Shown: piece after piece, positions 60,546-64,000 of the stretch
Layout of the letters: every line of letters begins with the position of its first letter
Numbering within the stretch: the stretch's first letter is position 1
Origin: Antedon mediterranea
Taxonomy: Eukaryota > Animalia > Echinodermata
Assembly: GCF_964355755.1 (NCBI RefSeq)
Contig: NC_092673.1
Span: 23,619,648 to 23,683,647 of the forward strand
Direction of reading: 5' to 3'
Length of the DNA: 64,000 bases
Position numbers and translations under genes: made by a program
The notes under the pieces: model-generated
What the model was told of the DNA's origin: nothing
The model's database searches: none
The model's input: the letters and a program-made list of their open reading frames with translations, nothing else

Positions 60546-62518
60546 CCCAGTGAGTGAAAAATAAGGAAAATATTGCATCACGATTCTCCGTAGCCTATCT
60601 TTAGACTGTGATATCTATATGGAAGTAAACATGGCATCAAGATATTCTTTTCAGTATTTTAAATCTTGGATTATGTAGTTTCAGTATTTGTTAAAATCTC
60701 AATTTTGAAATTTGCAACTCATGTTAGATTTCATTTGAGTATGCCACATATATTGTTTCAATGTAGTATGTAGCATTACCTATGTTACAACTAGGAATAA
60801 TATTGTAGCATGTGACACTGAATAAAGCATTGGTGTTAATTTACAATATAAACCTTTACAATATTTATATTCAACAATCACTGTCGAATACAAAGTCATA
60901 TACGACTTGTGTCATCATACTAACTGAGGATTTAACTGTTCGCGCCCACCTGTTCAATACGTTGAAAATAATTGCGGCCGCAAATCATCAATACAATAAA
61001 ATATTAATTCTATAAATACATGGGTTGACTAAGCAAGTGATTAAAAACATCGAATGCCAATGCTATACGAACATACATTTATTCTAGCCGACTGTATACG
61101 AATTCACGTATTTTAGTTTCAGTACCTTATGACATGTTTTGTTGTCTTTGGTCAGATTTTCTCTTTTTTGAGATTTTCTCACCTTTATTTCCATTCCTTT
61201 TGTATAGGCCTATTTAATTTCAATATTAATATTTTTATGAAACACAAATTACTCTTTGGCATGTTGTGCCTTTTCTGTTATTTTATTTGTTATATTATTT
61301 TATTTTTCTGTGTTTTTTTTTTATTCCTATCATCCCCCCCCCCTCCCCCGCTTATTTCAAGATTTATAAAAAGATAGTAGAGAAATAAAAATGAAATGTA
61401 AATCATCATTAAAATAATACAAATATAACATTTGCTGTTATTATTTATTGATTAATTATGTATATAATATAATTTATTTAATTTAAAAAAAAAATCAATT
61501 CTAAGTGACATTTATTTACTTTAAAAAAGACAGATATTAATAATGATAGTAATAATATGATAAATTTAGATAATGTTGGTTATTGAATGAATTGTATATT
61601 CTTCTAAACAGGAAAAGAAAACGTAATATTCATTGTCAAAACATATTTCCATTATTAATTTGCTCTGAAAGAATCCGTAAGATAATGTGCAGATGAGAAT
61701 ATTAATTGATTGTGACAACTTACGTAGAATAATAAGTTAAAATACCAAGGTCAAGTACAGTACTTTTCATTAGTTTCAATGTTTCTTGATTTAAAATTTA
61801 ATTGCGTTGCATGGTAATAGCTACGTGTCTTTGACAAATTATATAACAGATATAGCATTTAATGTTCCTTTTAGATAAACTGTTGAAATTAATATTCGTT
61901 TTTTCTAATAAGCTTTCCGCATCATAAACAACAAAATGATTGTCAACACAAATACATTTTTTCTTAATGTAAAGTTCAAGAACAGCTTAAGGTATGTAAT
62001 GGATTGCGTCTTAAATAAGTTCGCAGTTCGAATCAAACGTAAGTGTCAACAACATTAATGTTGATTCCTCACTATAAAGTTGAACTCTATAGAATAGCTT
62101 TAGGTGTGTAAAGGATAGTTTGTTTATTACTTCTTAATATAAATGAGTTCGCAGTTCGAATCCCTTCGGATACAAGTTTATCGTGTTGACGTGATGGAGC
62201 AGTAATGTCAAATAAAGTCATTTTCACATTTGTACACATTTATTAGAAAGTTTTATGATAAATCAAATTTTGAAAGGAATAAACACTCCTTTGTCCTCAT
62301 TAGAATAATCCTTTTCTACACAAGATTTTCAATAACCTTTATTTAAAAACTGTTTTTTGCCACTGTTGAGAGAACTCAACTCCACAATTTCAAACAATGT
62401 TTCTAATCTGTTTTGACATGAATAATTATAAATTAACTTTAACATTAACATTCGATCGCGTATTGACGTGTTGCGCACACAATGGGCCATCTATAGATGC
62501 TGTAATTGTATATGACTT

Positions 62519-62762
62519 TCTTAGTCCAGGACTAGTTTTCCCAGGTTTCATGAATACCGTATCAAATATAGTCCAGGACTAATACTTAGTCCTGGACTAA
62601 TTAGTCCAGGTTTAACGAATACCGTATCAAAGATAGTGCAGGACTACTAATACTTAGTCCTGGACTAATAATACTTAGTCCTGGACTAATACTTAGTCCT
62701 GGACTAGATAGTCGAAGACTAAAGATAGTCCATGACTAAAGATAGTCCCCTTTCATGAATAC
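62519..62762. repeat. Tandem array of near-palindromic TAGTCC(T/A)GGACTA units
   Basis: tacttagtcctggactaa repeated, bracketed by tttcatgaatac blocks; probable MITE internal repeats. Confidence 0.75.
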
Positions 62763-64000
62763 GTAGCAAGCGCAAGTGTACTCTCTAGTTATTTTCAATT
62801 CAATAACATGGCCTTACTGTGTGTATTCTAATAGGGACTTATTGCTATAGGCCTATTAATAGAACCTTATCGTATAAAAGTCTTGAAAAATCTTGAAGTT
62901 TTGTAACTACTGTACTAATAATTGTTTGTATGGTAGATGACGTCACCTACTGTATGCCACATGACTTATAGCCTCTATTTCAATTGCTTATGCGTGTCGT
63001 GTGCATAGTAGATGAAGTGGATGTAGGCCTACACTCGTTTTAATACCCTTTAAGATTACTTCATAGTGTTCATGATACTATATCCGTTGAGAGCTATAAC
63101 TGTGTAAAACAACATGTTCTTATTTCAAGACTGTCACGTTTTGTTATGTATGCCATATTTAATGACAATCTTAATTTGTATATTGATAGAATATATACAG
63201 TATAAAATAGATTGCAAAATTTGTGTTGTATAATAAAAGATAGTAATATTGTGTAGGTTTTTTTTATTGATTTTTAACATATAGATTAATATAAATAATA
63301 ATAATTACAAAGTCAATTTGAATTGCAAGTAAGGATAATAAAATACAAGTTTATATATAGAAAACTAATAACCATAATTTGCTTTTTTGCTAAATCTCGT
63401 AAATATTAATTATCATTATAACGTTGCGTGTTTGATTTTGTTTTTTTGCTATAATTTTCCATATAATTTACATACAAAACAACATGGGATTTCACATTTA
63501 CATCCTAAGTGATTCCTTCCACACAAAAGCAATTAACCGCTTAATTTAAATAATTTTATATTTTATAGAAAAGCTCTAAATAAAAAGTATTATATCTAAA
63601 GATTTATCATTATAAGTTTTATCACCTTTTCATTACTTTATTAAACATGAATATCAATAATAATAATAATATAGATATTAAGCAAGAATAACGTAAGTTA
63701 AAGCTGTGATCTCCCCAAGTTTGATATTTTCGGTCTAAGGTCTAAGCTATGTATTTTTCCAGATGGGGACACCAGCCTGACATACTAAACCCAAGAACTG
63801 CTCCAACAAATCCTTTAATAAATCGCAAGTAAGTGAAGTGAAATCCCCTATTTTGTTAGATGTCATTTCATCCCTTGCATGATGTATGTTAAATGGCCGT
63901 GGCAATTTTTAAAATTGTCGAAATTCAAATTCAATTAAAATGGTTTGCATACTGTATTTACACACGTTTTTCACAAGATGTGCAACAACATTATAACTCT

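Overview
AT-rich, intron-containing animal genomic DNA, probably from a marine invertebrate (the repeat landscape suggests an echinoderm, which is inference). Manual splicing at GT-AG boundaries with consistent reading phase recovers six genes. (1) The 3' end of a TSP1-repeat + 2xCUB gene with an ADAMTS13-like C-terminal architecture (251-4632, +). (2) A complete 12-coding-exon, 2-Ig, FGFR-like receptor tyrosine kinase with a non-RD HGD catalytic loop (7403-15881, +). (3) A RING-H2 E3 ligase with an intronless ORF and a ZSWIM2-like C-terminus (17884-19299, -). (4) TSEN15, head-to-head with the RING gene (19543-22403, +). (5) A 168-aa N-terminal MGC protein of no recognised family (23508-33631, +). 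(6) The first coding exon of a class A peptide-type GPCR (45400-45809, +). The most striking non-genic structure is in RTK intron 1. There a (TA)n microsatellite has collected a Neptune-type Penelope GIY-YIG fragment with an inverted pLTR, plus two further unrelated hammerhead-ribozyme-bearing fragments. Also present are a ~900-bp diverged inverted duplication in TSEN15 intron 1, a DINE/Helentron-like element, many MITEs and SINEs, and several tandem repeats. Most ORFs in the supplied track are spurious.
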